A stretch of 64,000 nt of DNA, from the NCBI GenBank assembly GCA_002269645.1, contig NIVC01000341.1, positions 176,318 to 240,317 of the forward strand, in the 5' to 3' direction. Both the position numbers and the translations under genes were made by a program. Origin of the DNA: Macrostomum lignano. Taxonomy: Eukaryota. Of this stretch, positions 24,101 to 35,800 are shown piece after piece. Within the stretch, counting starts at the first letter, position 1; every line of letters begins with the position of its first letter. The notes under the pieces were generated by a model that was not told the DNA's origin, did not search any database, and worked only from the letters and a program-made list of their open reading frames with translations.

Positions 24101-25516
24101 GCAAATTTAATAGGTCTACTTGCAAAAACCATAGGCTATTGTTGTAGCTTCAAAAACTTTACATATCTTGTAAAGTGAAATACATTTTAAATCTCACAGG
24201 AAAACGATAATTTAGCTACCAGCTCGTATAAAGGAGTAGAAAAGCGCATCTTTTGCGAGTAAAAATATCTAGTTCTTCTAGTATTTGTGAGATTTCCTTG
24301 ATCAAGTGATCATCCACGACCCCCCCCTCCAATTGGGTTGGCAGAGCTGCTCCGCAGTAGCGATCAACCGCTCAGTCAAAAACTCGACGTACTCGAAGCA
24401 GTTCGCCACGTCTATTATCGCGACAAGTTCACATCGGCAAGTTTTCTTAGCGCGGAACTGGCCAGTCTAACGGATATTATGCGCAATCCGACAACTCTGG
24501 TTGCCCTTGGCAACGATGCTCATAATCTGCGCCTATTAAGATTTCTGCTATCGCTGGCTGGCGGCCAAGCTGCCAGAGCTATGACCAGAGCGGCTGAGGG
24601 TCTCATGCTGATGAAGCATTGCGGTATAGCTTTAAGGCAGCTGTGCAGGATTGCCCAGGGAGATGAGGGCGGTGAGTGTGCAGTTTGCTCTTTGTTACTC
24701 AAACACAACTTCACTCTCTCCTTCACTCTCTCCTTTAATTACCCTTCAATCTCTCCTTCACTCTCACCCTTCACTCTCACCCCTTCAATCTCATCCTTCT
24801 CTCTCACCTCTTCACCCCTTCAATCTCATTCTTTCACTCTCACCTCTTCACTCTCACCTCTTCACTCTCACGCCTTCACTCTCACCCTTTCATTCTCACC
24901 CCTTCACTCTTTCCTCCAACCTTTTCTTTCTGGCTTTCATTCGCCCACCACAATTCGCCGTCTCACAGGTAAGCCGCAGCAACTCAAGCGACAATTAAGC
25001 GGTCGCGATCTGCGCGCCGCAGCCTGCATGTTAGACGCTTTACGCCGCGCTTGCGCCGCTAATCCGCGCGTGTTAGGCGCCGCTAGAACCGCCTGGCGCC
25101 TAGACGCTATCATAAACCGAGCAGCTGGTCTGCTTTCGCAGCAAAAGCAACAACAGCAACAGCCGACGCCAGAACAGCCACAATGGGAGAACTGCGTTAT
25201 CTGCTTCTCTAAATGGACCGATCCGCCATTCGAAACGGCGGCTACAGTTGCTATGGATCCTCTAGTTGGCGTCTGCTGTCCTAATGGTCACGTGTTCGCT
25301 CGCTGCTGCCGCAGCCTAATCCCCGTGACAAGTTCGGACGGATTCCTAATCTGCACTACTTGCCTGGCCTATTGCCTGCAGGATACTGGCGGCAATAACA
25401 GTACTAGCGATGGGTCTGTTTCGCAGCCAAATAACGATTGGCTAGGCTGGTTGCTTAGCAACGATGTCTGCCTGTTTTGCGATTCGCCAATGGTGCCGGT
25501 TCGATGTGGTGTCTGA
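18158..25516 (+). CDS. GTF3C4: General transcription factor IIIC subunit 4 (TFIIIC90), about 871 aa
   Basis: Exons 18158-18414, 19026-19601, 21199-21723, 23031-23413, 24345-24671 and 24969-25516 are phase-consistent (2616 nt). N-terminal WD-like motifs VAVLTSRGAAVLSL and FIKADWSP...RPCLAAVSDSGRL resemble human GTF3C4. The C-terminal zinc finger C..C...CPNGHVFARC...C..C...DWLGWLL..VCLFCDSP matches zf-TFIIIC. Confidence 0.85.
18430..18930. repeat. About 21-bp minisatellite (AAATCCCTGATCTCTAACACC), GTF3C4 intron 1
   Basis: Tandem copies visible. Confidence 0.9.
19830..21065. repeat. CT-rich low-complexity array (CCCACTCT/CCCTCT), GTF3C4 intron 2
   Basis: About 1.2 kb of near-pure pyrimidine plus A on the sense strand. 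It is the source of the spurious PLSHS/GEWES ORFs. Confidence 0.95.
21760..22915. repeat. 31-bp minisatellite (TTTAGTCTCAAGGTGTGATCTCTGTGGGGTA), about 37 copies, GTF3C4 intron 3
   Basis: Highly homogeneous tandem copies. Confidence 0.95.
23640..24050. repeat. Repeat fragment with a duplicated about 75-bp CCAAT-containing block (GTF3C4 intron 4)
   Basis: CTATGG(A/G)GCAGGCCCA(A)TCTGG(A/C)TCAGCCAATGAGAGAGC occurs at about 23762 and about 23840. Class unclear (LTR/Helitron-like). Confidence 0.4.
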
Positions 25517-25939
25517 ATCTGTTTATTTTACTTTTCTGCTCAAATGTAAATGTATCTCTACTTATGACAAGTATAAAAAAGCTGCACTTCATTAAGTTTT
25601 TTTGGCATTTTGTATGCTGTCTGGTTGGTGCATTTATTGTAGTAAGTAAGAATATGTAAAAAAGAGGAGCTTGTATATTGCAGGGTGCTACTTGTTTGAT
25701 AATGTTAGTTGCTTATCTAATCACGATTCAGCTATTTTATAAATGAACTCGTAATTATCTATTGCGGCATTGTTAGACTTTTCCTAATATTAAAATTACA
25801 TTAAAATACATGCGCAGCTTATTTTTTGTATAACAAAAACGTCGGTTTATTTCTAATTTATTTGGCATATGTTTTCGATTAGCTAGCAGCCTTTCAGTCC
25901 CCCGGCCCACCCTTATTTTCTTTTCTAGCCTCCGTTTAT

Positions 25940-26215
25940 CGCTGGTGTTTGTTATCGATTTTATGGCTGGCGGCTCCTTAGCCCAGCCCCACCACCCCTT
26001 TCTACGAGCTATCTTACCCAACCACCACCCTGTCAGCCCCTTTCTTATCGCTGCTGTGAAATGTTTACAAGCGAGTATCCTCTCAGCCCAGCCCCACCAC
26101 CCCTTTCTATCTTACCCAACCACCACCCTGTCAGCCCCTTTCTATCGCTGCTGTGAATTGAGGCGAGTGTGTTATCGATTTTATGACTGGCGGCTCCCCA
26201 CCACCCCCTTATATC
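25940..26215. repeat. Partial tandem duplication of a C-rich block of about 100 bp between GTF3C4 and INPP4
   Basis: GCCCAGCCCCACCACCCCTTTCT...ATCTTACCCAACCACCACCCTGTCAGCCCCTTT is present twice. Confidence 0.6.
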
Positions 26216-26838
26216 AGGATAGCTTACACTAGCCATTTGTTTGTACTTTTTCAGTCCGTCTGTTTTTAAACATTACGGAGATAGTAGGTTTTTATTTTTT
26301 TCAGCACAAAAAATGTTATTTCTTTTAAGAGAAGTGAGACCCAGTGTTCATCTTTTGATATGCCTTGTATTTCTTATAGCTCTTATGGATAGTCATGAAG
26401 CTTTTCGTTTAGAAAATTAGGATTATATGTTTATCTTATACCCTGCGTACGTACATGCCCTATACCTAGAAATCATGAGAATTGAATTGCACCAACTAAT
26501 TGATTTCAGAACTCTTTTTATTATTCTGTTACACAGTCATTAAGATAAGAATGATAAAATAGATTTCATAAAACCAATGCGTCCAGCTGTGTGACACTGT
26601 GTCATTTTTATGATTTTAGGTACAGTACATTTACGATGTACTTGTACTTGTACGTAGGATATAAAATTAACATAGAATCCTAATTTTCTAAACAAACAAA
26701 TCCTTGATTTCAGCTCAATAGTCTTTAATCCCACTTCTAACCATGTCTAATATTAAATCAGAATGTGTCATATTTATTAACACGGCAATTAAATACATTG
26801 ATAGTTGATACCTATTGGTGTTGGTTGTCTTGCATGAA

Positions 26839-29800
26839 ATGCAGACCAATTGCGACTTGTTACAACAGCACAGTCGCCTACAAGCGGACAAATCCGGCTG
26901 TCTGCAAGTACTAATAGGCAAAGACTCCGCTGGCGAATCTGGCGGCTCAAAATCTGATAAAAAATTGTCTTCCAAATCTGCATCAAACAAATCTAGCGAC
27001 GCTTGCATATGCCGCCTAGTCGGCAATTTATTATTTGTTACTAAAGGCATCGACCCGTTGGCGCAGGACTGCGACTATCTTATTGTGCTAGAGGCTTGCA
27101 AAATTGAAGTCGACTATTCGCCAGCAAATGTCGAAGCAGATTATCCATTCAGATTAGTGTTTGACTACGAAAGTCAGACTGTACTATTTCGAGCCGCCAG
27201 CGAAGAGGACCGCGGCGCTTGGGTTGCCGCCTTTCGCGAGGCGTCAATATTCGATAAATTAGACTTAGCCGAATCTGCCAGACAAAAGATTATAGATATT
27301 ACTGGCCAGGATCCGTTGGAGCCAACTCTGATTGAAGCCGAAGTTGATGCCACTGTTGTGGATGCCAATGCTGCTGGTTCATTTTCGGGATGGCCAACTA
27401 AAATTAATGAAGAATCTTTCACTACGGAATCTGCTGGCACTGATCCTGCCGCTACTTCTAATGCTGGAGGCCTCGAACTTGATTTGTCGTTGCGCTGTTT
27501 GCCAGCTTTGACAGCAGATCCCAGCCTGCAGTATCCCAACGCGTACGTTGAAGTGCACGCGTGTACACCTCCGCTACAGTCGGACTGGAGCCTCGTCGGT
27601 CGGACTGATGTTGTTGAGAATAGCGATCTACCCATGTTTCGCAAAGTGGTAGGACTGTGTTTATTTTAACTGGAGGTAGCTTAATCCAGTAGCTTAGCCA
27701 GTTATTCAGTTAGTTAGTTAGTCAGTTAGTTAGTTAGTCAGTTAGTTAGTTAGTCAGTTAGTTAGTTAGTGAGTCAGTTAGTTAGTTAGTTATTCAGTTA
27801 GTTAGTTAGTTAGTCGGTTAGTTAGTCAGTCGGTTAGTTAGTTAGTCAGTCAGTCAGTCAGTCAGTTAGTTAGTCAGTCAGTCAGTCAGTCAGTCAGTCA
27901 GTCAGTCAGTCAGTCAGTCAGTCAGTCAGTTAGTTAGTTAGTCAGTTAGTTAGTTAGTTAGTCAGTTAGTTAGTTAGTGAGTCAGTTAGTTAGTTATTCA
28001 GTTAGTTAGTTAGTTAGTCGGTTAGTTAGTTAGTCGGTTAGTTAGTTAGTCAGTCAGTCAGTCAGTCAGTTAGTTAGTTAGTCAGTTAGTTAGTTAGTCG
28101 GTTAATTAGTTAGCCAGCCAGTCAGTCAGTCAGTCAGTCAGTTAGTTAGTCAGTCAGTTAGTTAGTCAGTCAGTTAGTTAGTCAGTCAGTTAGTTAGTCA
28201 GTCAGTTAGTTAGTCAGTCAGTTAGTTAGTCAGTCAGTCAGTCAGTCAGTTAGTTAGTCAGTCAGTTAGTTATTTAATTAGTTAGTCAGTCAGTTAGTCA
28301 GTCACTTAGTTAGCCAGTCAGTTAGTCAGTTAGTTAGTCAGTCAGTCAGTTAGTTAGTTAGTTAGTCAGTCAGTCAGTTAGTTAGTTAGTTAGTCAGTTA
28401 GTCAGCTAGTTAGTTAGTTAGTCAGTTACTTAGTCAGTTAGTTAGCCAGTCAGTTAGTCAGCCAGTCAGTTAGTTAGATCAGAATATTCTAAAGTGTTTA
28501 TAGAAAGTTAGCCCATTGTACTTAGACATGTACATCCTACACTGCCTTAGAGGGTTGGTCATTATCGCAAAAAACGTGACAAACCCCAGGGCATATTCGC
28601 ATATGCAGACATTAAAATTGCTTTTCATCCATAAAATTGCAACCATAAAATCTCACGCCAAATTCATCAAGGTGGTCATTCCCGATGGACAATACAGCGA
28701 AGACTCCACAGAACTAATATTCGACGTTTTCGACGTTCGCGATCAGATTAGTCGTACAATGCGCAAGCTGTACTCTGTTCAGGCCGCTTTAAAACAGTTG
28801 CGAGGCAATCCCGAGCTGTCGTTATTGGCTGCAACTTCTGACACTCAAGCAGCTGTGGTGCCTGCCAACCAACAGCCCACTCTGACTGTGCAAATGCGCG
28901 TGTGAGTGCCTGTGTATGTTTGTGAACGATGTATGTGTTTAGTTTTCGGATTAGACAGCTGCCTGTCTATGAGTCATAGATCATGAGTCATCAAATCATC
29001 TGTTTGGTTTATGAGGGTCAGCTGGCAAAGGAGTTCTGGGTCAGGGCTAAGAGGTTTTTAGTCAGGGATAAGGGGTTCTGGGTTAGGGCTAATGGGTTTT
29101 GGGTCAGGGCTAAGGGTTTTGGGTCAGGGCTAAGGAGTTTTGTGTCAAGGCCAAGAGGTTTTTGGTCAGAGCTAAGATGTTTTGGGCCAGGGCTAAGGGT
29201 TTTGGGTCAGGGCTAAGGGTTTTGGGTCCGGGCTAAGGGTTTTGGGTCATGGCTAAGGGCGTTTGGGTAAGGGCAAGGGTTTGGGTCAGGGCAAGGGGTT
29301 TGTGTCAGGGCAAGGGGTTTGGGTCAGGGCAAGGGGTTTGTGTCAGGGCAAGGGTTTGGGTCAGGGCAAGGGGTTTGTGTCAGGGCAAGGGTTTGGGTCA
29401 GGGCAAGGGGTTTGTGTCAGGGCAAGGGGTTTGGGTCAGGGCAAGGGGTTTGTGTCAGGGCAAGGGTTTGGGTCAGGGCAAGGGGTTTGGGTCAGGGCAA
29501 GGGGTTTGGGTCAGGGCAAGGAGTTTGGGTCAGGGCAAGGGGTTTGTGTCAGGGCAAGGGTTTGGGTCAGGGCAAGGGTTTGGGTCAGGGCAAGGGGTTT
29601 GTGTCAGGGCAAGGGGTTTGGGTCAGGGCAAGGGGTTTGTGTCAGGGCAAGGGTTTGGGTCAGGGCAAGGGGTTTGTGTCAGGGCAAGGGGTTTGGGTCA
29701 GGGCAAGGAGTTTGGGTCAAGGCTAAGGGGTTTTGTGTCAGGGCTAAGGGGTTTTGTGTCAGGGCTAAGGGGTTTGGGTCAGGGCTAAGGGGTTTGGGTC

Positions 29801-32800
29801 AGGGCTAAGGGGTTTGGGTCAGGGCTATGGGGTTTTGTGTCAAGGCTAAGGGGTTTGGATCAGGACAAAAAAGTTAAGCAGGTGGGTGAAGCGTTTATGC
29901 TACAGAGATCAAATTTATTGTATTTCCATTCTGCCCTTCAAAATATCGATTTGTCCCCATTCCTGAATCCCCCAGTCGGCCCAATCAACTGGGCGGGCCC
30001 AGCAAGAATCGTCACGCTGTGTTGCTGCGCCACCTGTGCACTGAGCAGCGATTGGTCGCTTCGAACCCCTACAAATTCCCAGTGGAACAGAATCAGATGT
30101 CAAACGAGGGGCATCAGGAGCAGCTGTCTGTGCAGGAGTTCATGTGCGATCTTAAATGCGGCATGCACGTGCCAATGCAGGTAAGTGATGGAGAGTGAAG
30201 CAGGATATCGAGGTCATCTATGAGTAGGATATTGAGGTCATCTATGAGTAGGATATTGAGGTCATCTTTGAGTAGGATATTGACGTCATCTTTGAGTAGG
30301 ATATTGACGTCATCTTTGAGTAGGATATTGAGGTCATAAATGAGTAGGATATTGACGTCATCTTTGAGTAGGATATTGACGTCATCTTTGAGTAGGATAT
30401 TGAGGTCATAAATGAGTAGGATATTGAGGTCATAAATGAGTAGGATATTGAGGTCATCTTTGAGTAGGATATTGAGGTCATAAATGAGTAGGATATTGAG
30501 TTCATAAATGAGTTGGATATTGAGATCATAAATGAGCAGGTCATTAAGTTCATAAATGAGGGATATTGAAGTCATAAATGAGCAGGTCATTAGGTTCATA
30601 AATGAGGGATATTGAAGTCATCAATGAGTAGGATATTGAGGTTATAAATGAGTACTATGTTGAGATAATTTATGATTAGGATCGTGAGTTGATCTCTATA
30701 TATGATTTTTAGCTTATGATGAAGACTTATGAATAAAATTACAGACAAATAAATTGAGCTTTAACAGTAGGAATACCAAGCCATTTTACCGCCCGTCGAA
30801 CTACCAAGAGGGGGGGAATCCCCCCCCCCTGACAATTTTATTTTGCTGCGCCGGAACGGAGCAACGCAGGCACCTGAAATTCAAGAACACGGGCCAACTT
30901 TTATTGCGCACCTTCTCAAACAAAAATCAGGTCGCCAGCCCTCCGGTCCGTCGAGATATTCGACGATTTCGCCAGAAGGTCGGATTTTGAGATCCTGTTG
31001 CAACTATGTCAGATTTTTCTTATCAAGCTTCAATAATGGACAAACTTTAACTCCTGGTCATTCTCAGCTAGACTCTCAAACAGCCTATCATCACCCAACG
31101 TGATGACGTAAACGTGATGACGTAATTAGTTAATTGAACCGAATTTTCGGCAGGAGAAAAAATTACAAAAAGTATCAATTTGTTGTATGGACTCAAGATC
31201 AAGTAAAAGTAGCTAAAATTGCTAAAAAAATAAAAAAACTTCTTAGCTTTTGGGTGTCTATAGTCCTGTTTTTGTCCTCTTGAAGGTACCGAGACGTCGG
31301 GGTGATGACAATTCTTGAGAGACTAGCTAAGGATGTCCAGCAGTTGCGGATTCTTGTCCACTGTCGAGGCTTGATGGACGAAACTAGAGAAATTCGCATC
31401 AGGGTGTCCATAGTCACCTGGTGCCACCTGTTGAAGGTCCAGAAGCTCCGCCTGGGTGAAGGTTAGTGACCAACGAAGTCACAGCTGATGCAGACACATG
31501 TGGTCGACGCGCTGATGAAATTTGGAGGCTTGGCAAGGCTTGTGATTGGCGCACAGGGGTGTACTGAATACACTATAGGAAAGAATTCGACATTCTGGCA
31601 GAATCGTCGAATATCTCGACGGACCGGAGGGCTGGCGACCTGATTCTTGTTTGAGAAGGTGCGCAATAAAAAGTTGGCCCGAGTTCTTAAATTTCGGGTG
31701 CCTGCGTTGCTCCGTTCCGGCGCAGCAAAAAAAATTGTCAGGGGCCCTCAGTAGTCCTACTGTTAATGCACTTGTCCAACTTAAAACCCATTGGAATGCA
31801 GATCGCCACAATCGAGTTAACTCGGCTGCGCTCTCTCGAAGCGGCCCTAGTGCTACTAGGCGAGCACAACTGTCCCCAGCAACAGCGAGATGATTGGCTG
31901 CCACTGTACCGGCTCTCAGCCTCGGACAAACTGCTCGCACCCCTAGTCTCCGCTCTGTGTCAAGAATTCTCAGTCTGCGTCGAAGAAACCAATCGCCGGC
32001 TATTCGACGGAGACTTCATGAAGCTGAGCCGTCTGCGTTCCAGTCAGCAGTTGGCGTTCGTGCCGCCGAATCTGCAGCTGCATCGCCTCGCCGTGGTGGA
32101 CAGTCGAGAAAAGCCCATAGACTTTTTGGACATTGTGTCCGTTGGCGCTTCGGCCGCGCATTCGTTGAAGTTTAAAAAGGGCGGCATTTTGTCGGCCTAC
32201 AAGTCCACGCCCGGATTGGAAGACGTTCTGGACGTGTGCGAGCAGGTGGGTTTGAGTATTATGAAATGACTGACTGACTGACTGACTGACTGACTGACTG
32301 ACTGACTGACTGACTGACTGACTGACTAACTAACTGACTAACTGACTAACTAGCTGAAGAACTCCAAAAAACCCCAGGCCGTGACGCTGCTGCACGAGGG
32401 CAACCAGCTGTGCGACCAGCTTAACAGAATCCTATTCAGCGCCAGCAATAGGCAGCACGCGGCGCACCCGGCGCCAGGCCTTGCCTCCCAAGCGGACTCT
32501 GAGCGACTTTGCGATTTAGTTAATCGGCTGATCTTTCTGGCTAGCAATTTTCTAATAGTACAAACTCGTATTGCACTCGAATTGCAAAGCGTTGGCATGC
32601 AGCAGCTGAACAAACTGCTGGAGGCCGCCACTTCCGATGGCAGCGCCGCCGCTGCCGCCTGCGACCAGCTGTTGCAAGAGGTGAACAGCGTCTGGCAGCA
32701 GTGCCGGCTCACGCTGGCTAAGCTGTGGCTGACTGAGGCCGGCAAGGTGAGGCTTGAATATATGCTCGAGACTCTCATTTGATGTGCCTTTGAAATAGTC

Positions 32801-35800
32801 TGTCAAAATCTGTCCCAAACTACCCACAACAATCACCCTAAACTCTTTAAATATTTCGCTTAACTAAATCAAGAATAGCAATTCAACCGGCCCAAGAATT
32901 TCCTTTCAACTGCCTTAAGAATCGCTAAAAATTCACCTAAGGACTCGCCCTAGATTCACCTAAGAAATCGCCCTAAACTCGCCTAAGGACTGGCCCTTAA
33001 TCCACCTAAGGAATCGCCCTTAATTCACCTAAGGAATCGCCCTTAATTCACCTAAGGAATCGCCCTTAATTCACCTAAGGACTCGCCCTAAATTTACCTA
33101 AGGAATCGCCCTAAATCTACTTAAGGAATCGCCCTAAATGTGCCTAAGGAATCGCCCTTAATTCACCTAAGGACTCGCCCTTAATTCACCTAAGGAATCG
33201 CCCTTAATTCACCTAAGGACTCGCCCTAAATTTACCTAAGGAATCGCCCTTAATTCACCTAAGGAATCGCCCTTAATTCACCTAAGGACTCGCCCTAAAT
33301 TTACCTAAGGAATCGCCCTAAATCTACTTAAGGAATCGCCCTAAATGTGCCTAAGGAATCGCCCCAAGTGCACCTAAGGAATCGCCCTAAATGTGCCTAA
33401 GGAATCGCCCCAAGTGCACCTAAGGAATCGCCCTAAATTTACATAAGGAATCGCCCTTAATTCAGCTAAGGAATCGCCCTAAATTTACCTAAGGAATCGC
33501 CCTTAATTCAGCTAAGGAATCGCCCTAAATTTACCTAAGTAATTGCCCTTAATTCACCTAAGGAATCGCCCTAAATTCACTGAAGGAATCGCCCTAAATT
33601 CACTGAAGGAATCGCCTTAAATTCACCAAATGAATCACCCTAAATTCACCTAAGGAATCGCCCTAAAATTCACTGAAGGAATCGCCCTAAATTCACCAAA
33701 TGAATCGCCCTAAATTCACTGAAGGAATCGCCCTAAATTCACTGAAGGAATCGCCCTAAATTCACCAAATGAATCGCCCTAAATTCACTGAAGGAATCGC
33801 CCTAAATTCACTGAAGGAATCGCCCTAAATTCACTGAAGGAATCGCCCTAAATTCACCTAAGGAATCGCCCTAAATTCACAATCGCCCAACCCGGCTCCA
33901 ACGCAGGTGCCTGCGGACACGCTGCTGGTTACCTACAGGCGGCGGGCCCAATCCTTCAGCCAGATGCTGACGGCGGTAGTGTGCGGAGTGGCCGCCCATT
34001 TCTCACGCTGGAACGAGGCAACCTGGCGCCAGATGGAAGCCTGCGGCATCCCAGTCTACATGGAGTCGCTGCTATCCGTGTACAAATCCGAGTGCGGAAT
34101 GCTGGAAGACATGGCGGCCATTGTGCCCAGATTGGCGCATGTGAAGCTGAGCTTCTTTCCTGGTAAATTACTGCTCAAAATTGAGATCACTCACAAAATC
34201 TAGTTTGATTATTAATAACTGTCTCTCAGTTATCTGCTTTATTATAACAAAGTCGCGCTCCAATTCACATATGTTAATGTCACTTAATCATCACACCTGA
34301 TAATCACACTTAATCATCATACCTTATAATCACACTAAATTATCACACCTGATAATTACACCTGATAATCATCACACCTGATAATCACACTAAATCATCA
34401 CACCTGATAATTACACCTGATAATCATCACACCTGATAATCACACTTGATCATCATTCCTGATAATCACACTAAATCATCACCTGATAATTACACCTGAT
34501 AATCACACTAAATCATCACCTGATAATTACACCTGATAATCACACATGATAATCACACTTAATCATCACACCTAATAATCACACCTGATAATCATCACAC
34601 CTGATAATCACACTTAATTATCATACCTGATAATCACACTAAATCATCACACCTGATAATTACACCTGATAATCATCACACCTGATAATCACACTTAATC
34701 ATCATACCTGATAATCACACTAAATCATCACACCTGATAATTACACCTGATAATCATCACACCTGATAATCACACTTAATTATCATACCTGATAATCACA
34801 CTAAATCATCACACCTGATAATTACACCTGATAATCATCACACCTGATAATCACACTTAATCATCATTCCTGATAATCACACTAAATCATCACCTGATAA
34901 TTACACCTGATAATCATCACACCCGATAATCACACTTAATCATCATTCCTGATAATCACACTAAATTATCACACCTGATAATTACACCTGATAATCATCA
35001 CACCTGATAATCACACTAAATCATCACACCTGATAATTACACCTGATAATCATCACACCTGATAATCACACTTAATCATCACACCTGATTATCATCACAC
35101 CTGATAATCACACCTGACAATCTCACCTGATAATCACACCTGACAATCTCACCTGATAATCACACCTGACAATCACACTCCCGCCTAGGCGCAATGGGCG
35201 ACCAGCCAATAGTAGACGAGAGCCTGCGCAGCGTTCGTATCTGCGTGCCTCAGCCGCTGTGGGATCGGCTCAGCGCTTCGCTTGACTGCCTGCTTCGGGG
35301 TCATCGGTTCAGCCTTGTCCCCCTGATGTTCAGCGTCGGCATCAACGAGCAGCAGACTCTGGCTGAGAAGAAGCGGATGGCCTCCTTGGCTGTTCAGCGA
35401 GATTTGAATAAGCGGTCGGCTGTTGGGCTCAGGCATCTGGTTGATCAGGTCTGTGTGAGAGTTCATCGAATAGGCGATTCTCAGGGGTGATTCTCTAGGA
35501 GTTAAGGGAGGCGATTCTCAGGGGTGATTCTCTAGGGGTTAGTGAGGCGATTCTCAGGGGTGATTCTCTTGGGGTTAGTGAGGCGATTCTCAGGGGTGAT
35601 TCTCTAGGGGTTAGTGAGGCGATTCTCAGGGGTGATTCTCTAGGGGTTAGTGAGGCGATTCTCAGGGGTGATTCTCTAGGAGTTAGTGAGGCGATTCTCA
35701 GGGGTGATTCTCTTGGGGTTAGTGAGGCGATTCTCAGGGGTGATTCTCTAGAGGTTAGTGAGGCGATTCTCAGGGGTGATTCTCTAGGAGTTAGTGAGGC

